Shown here piece by piece: positions 8,858-16,900 of a stretch of 32,000 nucleotides of DNA (position 1 is its first letter; each line of letters opens with the position of its first letter). The stretch comes from Acaryochloris marina MBIC11017 (GTDB lineage Bacteria > Cyanobacteriota > Cyanobacteriia > Thermosynechococcales > Thermosynechococcaceae). Where the stretch lies: positions 60,001 to 92,000 of the forward strand of contig NC_009933.1 of assembly GCF_000018105.1 (NCBI RefSeq), given 5' to 3'. Position numbers and translations under genes: made by a program. Below the pieces are notes generated by a model that saw nothing but the letters and a program-made list of their open reading frames with translations, did no database searches and was not told the DNA's origin.

Positions 8858-9416
8858 CTTTAGCCATTGTCCCCAGCTCAATCCAGCTCCCTTGATGCAA
8901 TTAGCCGCAGATCCGGGTTGGTTGGAGCGCGCCGAGAATTGCCTTATTCTGGGGCCCTCGGGTGTTGGAAAAACACATCTGGCCACTGGGGTGTCCAAAA
9001 AGATGCTGGAATTCGGTAAGCGGGTGAAGTTCTTTGCAGCCAACGCATTGGTCCAGCAACTGCAACAGGCGAAGCTCCAACTGCAGCTGCATCCAATGCT
9101 CAAAAAACTGGACCGCTATGATCTGTTGATCTTGGATGACTTGGGCTATTGCAAAAAGTCGGAAGCGGAAACGTCCGTTCTGTTTGAATTAATTGCGCAT
9201 CGCTATGAACGAAAAAGTTTGTTGATTACAGCGAATCAACCCTTCAGCCAATGGGATGACATTTTCACTGATTCGATGATGGCGGTGGCTGCCATTGATC
9301 GCTTAATTCATCATGGCTTGATTATCGAAATTCAAGCCGATAGTTATCGGCGCAAATCAGCGACTCAGAGAACGGCTCAAACTCAGTCTCAACCTCAAAA
9401 ATCCCAGTCCAAATAA
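8598..9416 (+). CDS. istB: IS21-family helper ATPase IstB
   Basis: LILGPSGVGKTHLATG is Walker A and DLLILDDLGY is Walker B. The N-terminal region SYAEFLLALCETEAQRREQARLKRALTEARLP..KSFTNFDF is typical of IstB. ATG 8598 is preferred over the TTG at 8574 listed in the track. Confidence 0.9.
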   Translation: MTNSSPPAQSPLSPYQHLSLYLKKLRLSHMLTHWESIESQAMQENWSYAEFLLALCETEAQRREQARLKRALTEARLPNAKSFTNFDFSHCPQLNPAPLMQLAADPGWLERAENCLILGPSGVGKTHLATGVSKKMLEFGKRVKFFAANALVQQLQQAKLQLQLHPMLKKLDRYDLLILDDLGYCKKSEAETSVLFELIAHRYERKSLLITANQPFSQWDDIFTDSMMAVAAIDRLIHHGLIIEIQADSYRRKSATQRTAQTQSQPQKSQSK

Positions 9417-9494
9417 TCGAGCGATCACTGGTTGTCATTTCGATCACGGGTTGTCGTTTTGTTCTGAAGGTATCGTATGAGGTCTGAAAAAGAG

Positions 9495-9893
9495 CTAACG
9501 CAAAGGGAGTGTACGCCAAATAATACGGTTCAAATTTGGGGGTTGATCCGCCTTGTGGTTGTCGCGACATCGCCTATGGGGTTGACATCCAATACGAGGG
9601 CTTTCGACAGGATTCTTAATTCCTGAGAGAGGATAATAGATTCTAAGGGCTTTGAGAATATCTTCAGCAGGATGCCCTTCTTCTAGATATAATCTCAACC
9701 AATCGCGGGTGGATTCATTTTCAGCCAATAGGCTTGAGAGTTGAATATGACTCCCTTGTTGGATGGAGTAATCAGTCATCAGCCCCTCTAACTGCCTCTC
9801 TAGTCGTTGAGCACTCGGAGCATCAAGAAGTTCTGAAATATAGGGTTGGATCGCCTTAGCTGCTTTACAGATTTCATCAGGTGAATATTTCAT
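9495..9893 (-). CDS. Hypothetical helical protein; the 3' part is probably not native
   Basis: 132-aa ORF, MKYSPDEICKAAKAIQPYISELLDAPSAQRLERQLEGLMTDYS...TRDWLRLYLEEGHPAEDILKALRIYYPLSG. After that point the sequence becomes Arg/Pro/Cys-rich junk next to the IS21 right flank. A degraded paralogous segment lies left of the IS (about 6896-7030). Confidence 0.4.
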   Translation of the reverse strand: MKYSPDEICKAAKAIQPYISELLDAPSAQRLERQLEGLMTDYSIQQGSHIQLSSLLAENESTRDWLRLYLEEGHPAEDILKALRIYYPLSGIKNPVESPRIGCQPHRRCRDNHKADQPPNLNRIIWRTLPLR

Positions 9894-9968
9894 TATTCGC
9901 TATGCTCGATTACTCGTTGAATCTTTTTTAGATTGCCCCAAAGATGACAATCGCTTCTTATTCGTTCA

Positions 9969-10085
9969 TCAATCACTTGATAACTCTTGCCCCCAGATCT
10001 GAGCCACCCTCTCTCGATCCAGATATACTCCAATCATCTCCTCAATCCGCTCCATTGTCTCCGGTGGCCAAAACTTAGTTACTTC
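9969..10085 (-). pseudogene. 3' fragment (copy E) of gene X
   Basis: Minus-strand translation reads ...KFWPPETMERIEEMIGVYLDRERVAQIWGQELSSD*, matching the C-terminus of the intact copy (LRPGETMERIEEMIGVWLDRERVAMSWG). There is no start and no N-terminal part. Confidence 0.6.
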
Positions 10086-10372
10086 AACAAATTAAAGTCT
10101 CTTTTAGTTCTGATACTGCCTCAAAGCAATATCCAGACAGCTTTCCAGTGTTTTTGAGCAAATATACTCTCTTCAGTAAAAATACTGGATTTTCTCCCTT
10201 TTTCGGGTCAAGTTTATTCTCTGATTTCAGTATTTTTAGCGTATTACCTCTAAAAAAGAAAAACTATTCTTACTCTTGGCTCATTAACTGGTTCTGGTTC
10301 AAGTCAACTATTTCGGTGAATGAGTCGCATATAAACGTGCTATTCATTCACTAATTGGGGGGATCACTTTTT

Positions 10373-10672
10373 ATGTCAGTTGCAGTAAATTCCAACAAAG
10401 AGCATTCATCATTTCTAAATTTCATTCCAAAATTTAGGAGAACCTTAAGAACATTTCATCATACTCTTGATAGCAATAGTCCAGAATTTTTTATTGACTC
10501 AATTGATGATCAACCGGGCTTCTATCAGATGACATCTCAAGGGCCAAGGCTCAGGATTGGGCAGTCCATTGAAGTCGAGCATTCTGGACAATATCAGACT
10601 TATCAAGTGGATGATATCGAATTCTACAATGAACTTTCAGATATTTGGACGGCAGTATTGCATAGAATCTAG
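10373..10672 (+). CDS. Small hypothetical protein (about 99-105 aa); has a truncated paralog at 21545-21739
   Basis: ORF 10355-10672 in the track (TTG); ATG at 10373 is more likely. The C-terminal 65 aa, SPEFFIDSIDDQPGFYQMTSQGPRLRIGQSIEVEHSGQYQTYQVDDIEFYNE, are conserved in the second copy (SPEFFIDSIEDQPGFYQITAQGPRLGPGESIKIGQSGQYLVYQMDNIEYYSE). This argues for a real gene. Confidence 0.6.
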   Translation: MSVAVNSNKEHSSFLNFIPKFRRTLRTFHHTLDSNSPEFFIDSIDDQPGFYQMTSQGPRLRIGQSIEVEHSGQYQTYQVDDIEFYNELSDIWTAVLHRI

Positions 10673-10724
10673 CTAATTTGCCTAAATCGGTTGGGAGTAA
10701 GCGAGAAAGTAATCCTTTGCATTA

Positions 10725-10925
10725 TCACCCCCAAACCCTACTCACTCGCTCCCGCTCCAACCACACCCCGATCATTTCCTCGATCCGCTCAATAGTCTCC
10801 CCTGGCCGCAGACTTAAAACCTGCAACACGTCGAACGTATTCTCTAACTCCAAAGCGCACTCGAAGCAAAACTCGGGCGTTTCAAATGGAATTCTGATGA
10901 AGGGCTTGCCAATTTTAAGAAATAG
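10725..10925 (-). pseudogene. 3' fragment (copy B) of gene X, uninterrupted and in frame with the upstream pentapeptide gene
   Basis: Translation: LKIGKPFIRIPFETPEFCFECALELENTFDVLQVLSLRPGETIERIEEMIGVWLERERVSRVWG* with no internal stop. The P1 stop (10935-10937) and this stop (10725-10727) are 210 nt apart, that is 70 codons in the same frame. Confidence 0.65.
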
Positions 10926-10934
10926 ATCCTCAGC

Positions 10935-13025
10935 TCAAGAGCCTTCAGCATCTATCCATCCCCTAACTGTCTCAATGGGTATTCCGATGGGTGCAAACAA
11001 AACTTTCAGAGTCTCTACTCCTCCCTCCTTCAAGGCATTCTGTAAACGCTGCCGAAAAGTTGGATCTATCTTTATTCTCTGCTCAACCACAGTCTGTATA
11101 TCTGTCGGATTAGTTTTCTGCAACTGACTCAGTAAATCCTGAATTTCTTTTGCCGATTCAGCCGGGGTTTGTTTTATTTCTGGAGCGTAGTTGTGTTGAG
11201 TGGTTTGTTGAATTCCCTCATTTACTCCAGCCACATTCCCAACTGGAGCATTGATGTTTTGAGTAACTTTATCTTTGTTTGCCATGGTCTGGACCATTGA
11301 AAGTAACTGGGCATTTTTTTGGCGTTCAAAAGCTAGAGATTCTTTTGCTAAATCTAATGTTGCACCTTGGAGCTTCATTTTCTCAATAAATTGTTCTTCA
11401 AGAACCTTTAGTTGTTTACCATATAACTCTTTAGCTTTAGTTTCTATCGCACTCTTGTTAGCCTCAGGTGGTGCCTCCAGTCGAACAACAAAGGCTGCGC
11501 CTTTCTTTTCAATAGCTTGAATGCCAACCTCATATTCATTGAACTTGGATCGGAGTAGCTGAAAAGACTGAAAAAAGGCTTGCCAGTCAATACCATCAAC
11601 AAAAATAAGATCAATCGTTTCAAGAGACTTCTGGACTAAAGCAACAAATTCACCTGGGCAGAAGTTTCCTTGGAAGGGGCGACGTTCTTCTTGATTTACT
11701 TTGAGATAGATGTAATCACACACCACACCTTCAAAGCCAGTCTTAGAATTAATACTCCAATCCTGAATACAAGCCCCTGTCAATATTGCATTTTGAAGTT
11801 TGCTGCCCAGGAAATTTGCTCGGTAAAGATTTGAGTTTCTAAGGTTAACACCACTGAGGTTAGCATCATTAAGGTCGGTACCACTGAGGTCTTTTCCTTC
11901 CCCACCTTTATTTACCAATTCGTGAACCAACTTCCATTTAGCGTCAATCTTTGTTTCAGCAGAAATTTTGGTATTCCTGAGGTCGGCACCACTGAGGTCG
12001 GCATCACTGAGGTTGGCATCACTGAGGTCGGCACCACTGAGGTCGGCATCACTGAGGTCGGCACCACTGAGGTCGGCACCACTGAGGTCGGTACCACTGA
12101 GATCTTTTCCTTCCCCACCTTTATTTACCAATTCGTGAACCAACTTCCATTTAGCGTCAATCTTTGTTTCAGCAGAAATTTTGGTATTCCTGAGGTCGGC
12201 ATCACTGAGGTCGGCATCACTGAGGTCGGTACCACTGAGGTTGGTATCACTGAGGTCGGTACCACTGAGGTCGGCATCACTGAGGTCGGCACCACTGAGG
12301 TTGGCATCACTGAGGTCGGTACCACTGAGGTTGGCATCACTGAGGTCGGTACCACTGAGGTTGGCATCACTGAGGTCGGTACTACTGAGGTCTTTTCCTT
12401 CCCCACCTTTATTTACCAATTCGTGAACCAACTTCCATTTAGCGTCAATCTTTGTTTCAGCAGAAATTTTGGTATTCCTGAGGTTGGTATTCCTGAGGTC
12501 GGCATCACTGAGGTCGGCATCACTGAGGTCGGCACCACTGAGGTCGGCATCACTGAGGTCGGCATCACTGAGGTTGGCACCACTGAGGTCGGTACCACTG
12601 AGGTCTTTTCCTTCCCCACCTTTATTTACCAATTCGTGAACCAACTTCCATTTAGCATCAATCTTTGTTGCAGCAGAAATTTTGGTATTCCTGAGGTCGG
12701 CACCACTGAGGTCGGCATCACTGAGGTTGGCACCATTGAGGGCGGCACCAATGAGGGCGGCACCAATGAGGGCGGCACCAATGAGGGTAGCACCCCTGAG
12801 GTCGGCATAAATGAGGGTAGCACCCCTGAGGTCGGCATAAGTGAGGTTGGCATCCCAGAGGTTGGCACCACTGAGGGTAGCACCCCCGAGGTCGGCACCA
12901 CTGAGGTTGGCACCCCCGAGGTCGGCACCCCAGAGGTATATAGACTCACCTGTATTCTTTTCTCTCCATTGATTCCAAGCCTCAGCACCCTGCTTCAATA
13001 AATCAACTTGTTCTTGATTAGCCAT
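10935..13025 (-). CDS. Pentapeptide-repeat protein P1 with four-fold higher-order repeats and a conserved post-repeat domain
   Basis: N-cap MANQEQVDLLKQGAEAWNQWREKN (ATG 13025; GTG 13028 also possible). Long runs of A(D/N)LS(D/G) units are interrupted four times by RNTKISAETKIDAKWKLVHELVNKGGEGKDL. The shared domain follows: GACIQDWSIN...VVCDYIYL...ERRP...PGEFVALVQKSLETIDLIFVDGIDWQAFFQSFQLLRSKF...IQAIEKKGAAFVVRLE. After it come a coiled coil and a tail ending APIGIPIETVRGWIDAEGS. Confidence 0.9.
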   Translation of the reverse strand: MANQEQVDLLKQGAEAWNQWREKNTGESIYLWGADLGGANLSGADLGGATLSGANLWDANLTYADLRGATLIYADLRGATLIGAALIGAALIGAALNGANLSDADLSGADLRNTKISAATKIDAKWKLVHELVNKGGEGKDLSGTDLSGANLSDADLSDADLSGADLSDADLSDADLRNTNLRNTKISAETKIDAKWKLVHELVNKGGEGKDLSSTDLSDANLSGTDLSDANLSGTDLSDANLSGADLSDADLSGTDLSDTNLSGTDLSDADLSDADLRNTKISAETKIDAKWKLVHELVNKGGEGKDLSGTDLSGADLSGADLSDADLSGADLSDANLSDADLSGADLRNTKISAETKIDAKWKLVHELVNKGGEGKDLSGTDLNDANLSGVNLRNSNLYRANFLGSKLQNAILTGACIQDWSINSKTGFEGVVCDYIYLKVNQEERRPFQGNFCPGEFVALVQKSLETIDLIFVDGIDWQAFFQSFQLLRSKFNEYEVGIQAIEKKGAAFVVRLEAPPEANKSAIETKAKELYGKQLKVLEEQFIEKMKLQGATLDLAKESLAFERQKNAQLLSMVQTMANKDKVTQNINAPVGNVAGVNEGIQQTTQHNYAPEIKQTPAESAKEIQDLLSQLQKTNPTDIQTVVEQRIKIDPTFRQRLQNALKEGGVETLKVLFAPIGIPIETVRGWIDAEGS
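11891..12697. repeat. Intragenic higher-order repeat: four 93-nt linker modules separating blocks of 15-nt pentapeptide units
   Basis: The 93-nt module cttttccttccccacctttatttaccaattcgtgaaccaacttccatttagcgtcaatctttgtttcagcagaaattttggtattcctgaggt is identical at 11891-11983, 12104-12196 and 12392-12484. At 12605-12697 it carries 2 substitutions. The intervening blocks are exactly 120, 195 and 120 nt (8, 13 and 8 units of 15 nt). Confidence 0.95.
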
Positions 13026-13138
13026 CACACTCTCAAGACATTCCTGGATCAGTCAATACCACTCAGCTCATTTACCAAACTGATGAATGATACCCACATA
13101 TTCTGAATTGTACTAGCCCCAAAAAGATAGAATCCTGG

Positions 13139-13645
13139 TTAGAAAGTCAATGATTTATGAGCTGATCCATCATCTCCACCCAAAATCACCCCAGATTTCC
13201 CCTCGATTCCATCATCACCCCTCTCTTTCTGCCCGATTTCCTGATCATTTCCACAACCAAACTCATCGTTTTCAGTTCGCTTTTCCATTTCTGTAATTAG
13301 ATCACTGTCTTTCTTACAGATTTCACAACTTGGTCTATTCTTCTCCAATCGTTGATTCCATTTCGCCTGAAACGCCTTCAGCATCTGGTCTTTGTACGCT
13401 TCATTACCTGAATAGCGAATCACATATAGACTCACGGATTCCTCACTGCCCACCTTGACCAATTCATGGGCCACTCGCTTAACCAACTTGTTGACAATGG
13501 CAACGGCACTCTGACCTTCACAAACCACATTACGGAAGTGTCGATAAATCTGATAGCGATATTCCAATGCCTTCACCTTGATGTCTTCCAACCGCTGATC
13601 GGCCTCCGACATCACCATGATTTCCATCCGCATCCGGGCCTCCAC
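13139..13645 (-). CDS. Free-standing paralog of the Rep C-terminal domain (intact ORF; may be a gene remnant)
   Basis: The 168-aa ORF MEARMRMEIMVMSEADQRLEDIKVKALEYRYQIYRHFRNV...VGSEESVSLYVIRYSGNEAYKDQMLKAFQAKW aligns residue for residue with the last ~165 aa of the 24679-28434 Rep. Nucleotides are identical at 13611-13642 and 25121-25152. Homology stops at about 13653 / 25163. Confidence 0.6.
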   Translation of the reverse strand: MEARMRMEIMVMSEADQRLEDIKVKALEYRYQIYRHFRNVVCEGQSAVAIVNKLVKRVAHELVKVGSEESVSLYVIRYSGNEAYKDQMLKAFQAKWNQRLEKNRPSCEICKKDSDLITEMEKRTENDEFGCGNDQEIGQKERGDDGIEGKSGVILGGDDGSAHKSLTF

Positions 13646-13986
13646 CTGCTCATTCAGAAACCTAACATTGCTCTGTCATTGGAAAGCTAACGTAAAGTAT
13701 CACCACTGAACTGCTACTTCAAAATCATCAATAAGCCTAAAAATCACCTACTGCGCTGCAAGCAGACAGGGTACGGAATACTATTTCCTTCAAAACCGTA
13801 GATTTGGATTGGAATCCCATTTATTCACTTGAAACGGCGGGAAATCTCCCCCCCCCACTAGATTAAAAAATAGTGCCTAACTTTTGTACTTAGCCATTAT
13901 GTTGGCAATACTCTTCCCCGCAATTTCGCAACCTTCAGATAAACAAAGCTATCATCATGAAGAAATCAGGATAATCAATATCAACA

Positions 13987-16900
13987 ATGAAATCTATCAA
14001 GGGATTTTGGCTTTTTCTGGACACTGCTATAAAAGATATCCCTTGGGGAGATGTAGCCCTGCACGGTATTGAAGCCATGAAGGCGTTGCCGGATGCTTCA
14101 AAAGCTTGGCAAGACAATGCTGATAAGATTCAACAGCTTGCCCCTTTTGTGCAAAAGGCAGAACCACTGATCAAAGCCCTTGATATTCCAGTGACAAAGT
14201 TGGTTATTTCTGGGCTGCCATTTATATCTGCTGGCATTAACTTGCTGAAAATTGGGATTGAACTGGCAAAAGTGGAGTCAACTTTCGAAAGTTCAGTCAC
14301 AATTGTCGCCCAACTCGCCTATCTCCAGAGTTTAGAAATAGTGTTGGTGAAACAGGATGAGACGATCAAAGCGAAACTAGCGCAGCTATCTCTCAAGGAT
14401 GTTGTCGAGAAACAGCTTTCCAAATTTTATAGAACGGAACTGACCCTCACTGAGGCAAAGACAGCCACTACCCAGTTTCGAGAGTCCATATTAGTCGAGA
14501 AGTTTGGAGAAGCACTGACAGAGCAGTTGCAACAGGTCGGGCTGGACAACAGCCAAACTCAGCGATTAACAGATCAGGTTATTTGGGGGAGTCATCGGTA
14601 TTTCCATCTGGCGATTGTAGAAGCTGGGGAGAGTGTAGAACCTCTAGCAGAGTTTTACCGTACTGGTGGACAGCAAGAGCTAGAACGCTACACAGCTATC
14701 GACGAGTATTTAGAAACGCAGATTAAACCAACACCGCTGGAGCAAGTCTTTGATGAGAGTGCCCCCAGAGTAAGCTTTCAAGATATCTACGTACAACTGG
14801 AGGTGCAGCCTTTAACTCAAGAAGGTGAGGTAAAACGTGGTGCTAGCCCCATCTGTAGTCATGAATGGACCAAGAAAATCCTAGAACAGTCAGCCAACCA
14901 GACCCGCAAAGTGATGTTTATGGAAGGTGAAGCAGGTCGGGGTAAATCCGTATTTTGTCGCATGATTGCTGATTGGGTGTATTCGGAATTTGGAGATGCT
15001 TTTATTCCCTTGCGGATTAGGCTGCGAGACTTACGGGCACTAGCTAACAACTTAACTGAAACTCTAGAAGACTGCCCAGATTTAGAGCAGGCAAAATTCG
15101 TGCGTGGGGAATCAAACTGGTTAGCGGATAAAAACACGCGATTTTTCCTTATTTTGGATGGCTTTGACGAAATACTGCTTGAAGGGCGTACCAGCGGAGG
15201 TTTAAAAGAGTTTTTGCAGCAGGTGACAGATTTTCAGCGACGTAGCCATCATCAGTTGTTAGTAACAGGACGACCCTTAGCACTGCAAGGAATCGATAGA
15301 CTTATCACCCAAAACAAGGACTTGGAACGGGTGCGTCTGAAACCTATGAGTGATGAGTTGAGAGAACTCTGGCTGATAAAATGGCAAGCCATATTTGGAA
15401 CGAATCAGGTCAATCAATTCCGGCAGTTTCTGACGGCCTGTCCTCAAGACATCACTGATACTCTGGCCCGTGAGCCGCTACTGCTCTATTTGCTGGCTCG
15501 GCTGAATCGCGAGGGGCATCTGACCCAAGAGATGTTTGCAGATACACAAAAGGGCTTCAATAGCGAAACTCAGGCCAAGCTGCAGATTTATCGGGAATCG
15601 GTGAATTGGGTACTAAAGAAACAGCGGCAGGATGAGAACTTACGGCTTTCAGGGTTGGACACCTTGGATGATTTACGGGAGGTATTACAGGAAGCAGCTT
15701 TGTGTGTGGTGCAGTCGGGGAATGAAACGGCTCGACTGGAAATGGTGAAACAGCGGTTTAAAGGCAGCAGCAACCCTGTAGCTGACTTGCTGAAGCAAGC
15801 CCAAGAAACCACTGGGCAATCAGAAAATAAGGCACTAAACAACTTACTGACAACCTTTTATCTAAAGCCGGGCGAAAAAGATAAACGAGGTTCAGTGGAA
15901 TTTGCCCACAAGAGCTTTGGGGAATATTTATTCGCAGAGCGATTACTGATCGCCTTTGAAACGTGGACAGAGTTAGATAAACGAAAACGGTTCCGGCTAG
16001 ATGAACGATCACTGAATGAGCAAATTTACGATGTATTTGGCCATGGCGGCCTGACTCAAGAAATTGTCGCCTACGTGATGGTGCTACTTGAGGAGGGTAA
16101 CATTGACCGTTTACAGCTGTTCACACGACTCAGTCATTTCTATGACCGCTGGTGCCAAAATGAGTTTTTAGATGCTCTTCCACATGAGAATATTCCGCAG
16201 AAGAAAATGATACAACTTCTGGATCAGGATATCACTACCGGATTAAAGCAAGTGGATGTATTTACGGGCTTAAATGCGATGATTTTTCTGTTTAGGCTAC
16301 ATGCATCTACCCAGCCCAAGGACTATCCCTATCTTGGAGACGATACATCTCAACACGAAATCTATTTTTACCCCTGTGGTAAACCTGAGCCTGAAGGCTT
16401 GCAAGCAGACCGTCTTCTCAAAATCATTCGTTACGCAGATTCACTCGTACCAGGGATTTTTAACGAAACCGTTGGACCTTACCTAAGCAGCGCCAACCTC
16501 AGCAGCGCCAACCTCAGCTTCGCCGACCTCAGCAGCGCCAACCTCAGCTTCGCCGACCTCAGCTTCGCCGACCTTACCAACACCGACCTCCTCAGCGCCA
16601 ACCTCAACGGCGCCGACCTCCGCAACGCCAATCTCAACAACGCTGACCTTCGCAGCGCCGACCTCAACAGCGCCAACCTCAACGGCGCCGACCTCCGCGA
16701 TGCCAATCTCAACAGCGCTAACCTCAGCAGCGCCAACCTCAGCTTCGCCGACCTCAGCTTTGCCAACCTCAGCTTTGCCAACCTCAGCTTCGCCGACCTC
16801 AGCAGCTCCAACCTCAGCCGAGCCCTGGTTTCTGACTTAACACAGATCGATTATGAGTGGCTATCAGGTTCTAATGATGAATATCTTATTGTTCTTAGAA

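Larger units (their letters stand above)
7030..9460 (+). mobile_element. IS21-family insertion sequence (istA-istB); ends only approximate
   Basis: istA and istB sit in the canonical order. A possible terminal inverted-repeat match is gaaatgatgtgtgagatcgcg (7034-7054) against the reverse complement of 9419-9441 (gaaatgacaaccagtgatcgct). GGTTGTC(A/G)TTT is repeated at about 9430 and 9449, as expected for multi-repeat IS21 ends. Exact termini and target-site duplication were not resolved. Confidence 0.7.

Noticed and set aside
8738-9103. Minus-strand ORFs inside istB (8738-9103, 8901-9092), and 9322-9570
   Set aside because: They are antisense to a motif-rich IstB or span the IS end. They have no supporting features.
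10678-11127. Plus-strand ORFs 10678-11127 and 17429-17626 sharing SRSNHTPIISSIRSIVSPGR, which looks like a conserved protein
   Set aside because: The shared peptide is the antisense reading of the conserved X 3' element. The conservation comes from the repeat DNA. The minus-strand reading gives the longer, consistently conserved X domain.
11891-12697. CRISPR-like appearance: identical 93-nt units at semi-regular spacing
   Set aside because: The whole region lies inside one continuous ORF. The 'spacers' are themselves 15-nt tandem repeats, the units are far longer than CRISPR repeats, and no cas genes or leader are present.
11912-13001. Track ORFs on both strands inside the P1 repeat region (11922-13001 +, 12181-12426 +, and the nested minus ORFs 11912-12118, 12125-12406, 12413-12619, 12626-12988) with EVGTTEVGITEVG or VVPTSVMPTS type sequences
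   Set aside because: They are alternative-frame or antisense readings of the 15-nt periodic pentapeptide DNA. Any periodic repeat without stops gives long ORFs in several frames. Only the minus frame giving A(D/N)LSx units connects to a proper N-cap and the conserved downstream domain.
13884-14117. Short ORFs 13884-14072 (+) and 13935-14117 (-) at the NACHT 5' end
   Set aside because: They overlap the NACHT start region in other frames and have no motifs. The NACHT frame is continuous for 1162 codons.
16479-16811. Minus-strand ORF of 110 aa ([12 protein letters not shown]...), plus similar ORFs at 18344-18579, 20844-21104, 23993-24229 and 24314-24499
   Set aside because: They are antisense shadows of pentapeptide arrays in the NACHT, P2, P3 and P4 genes, with low-complexity products and no independent start context.
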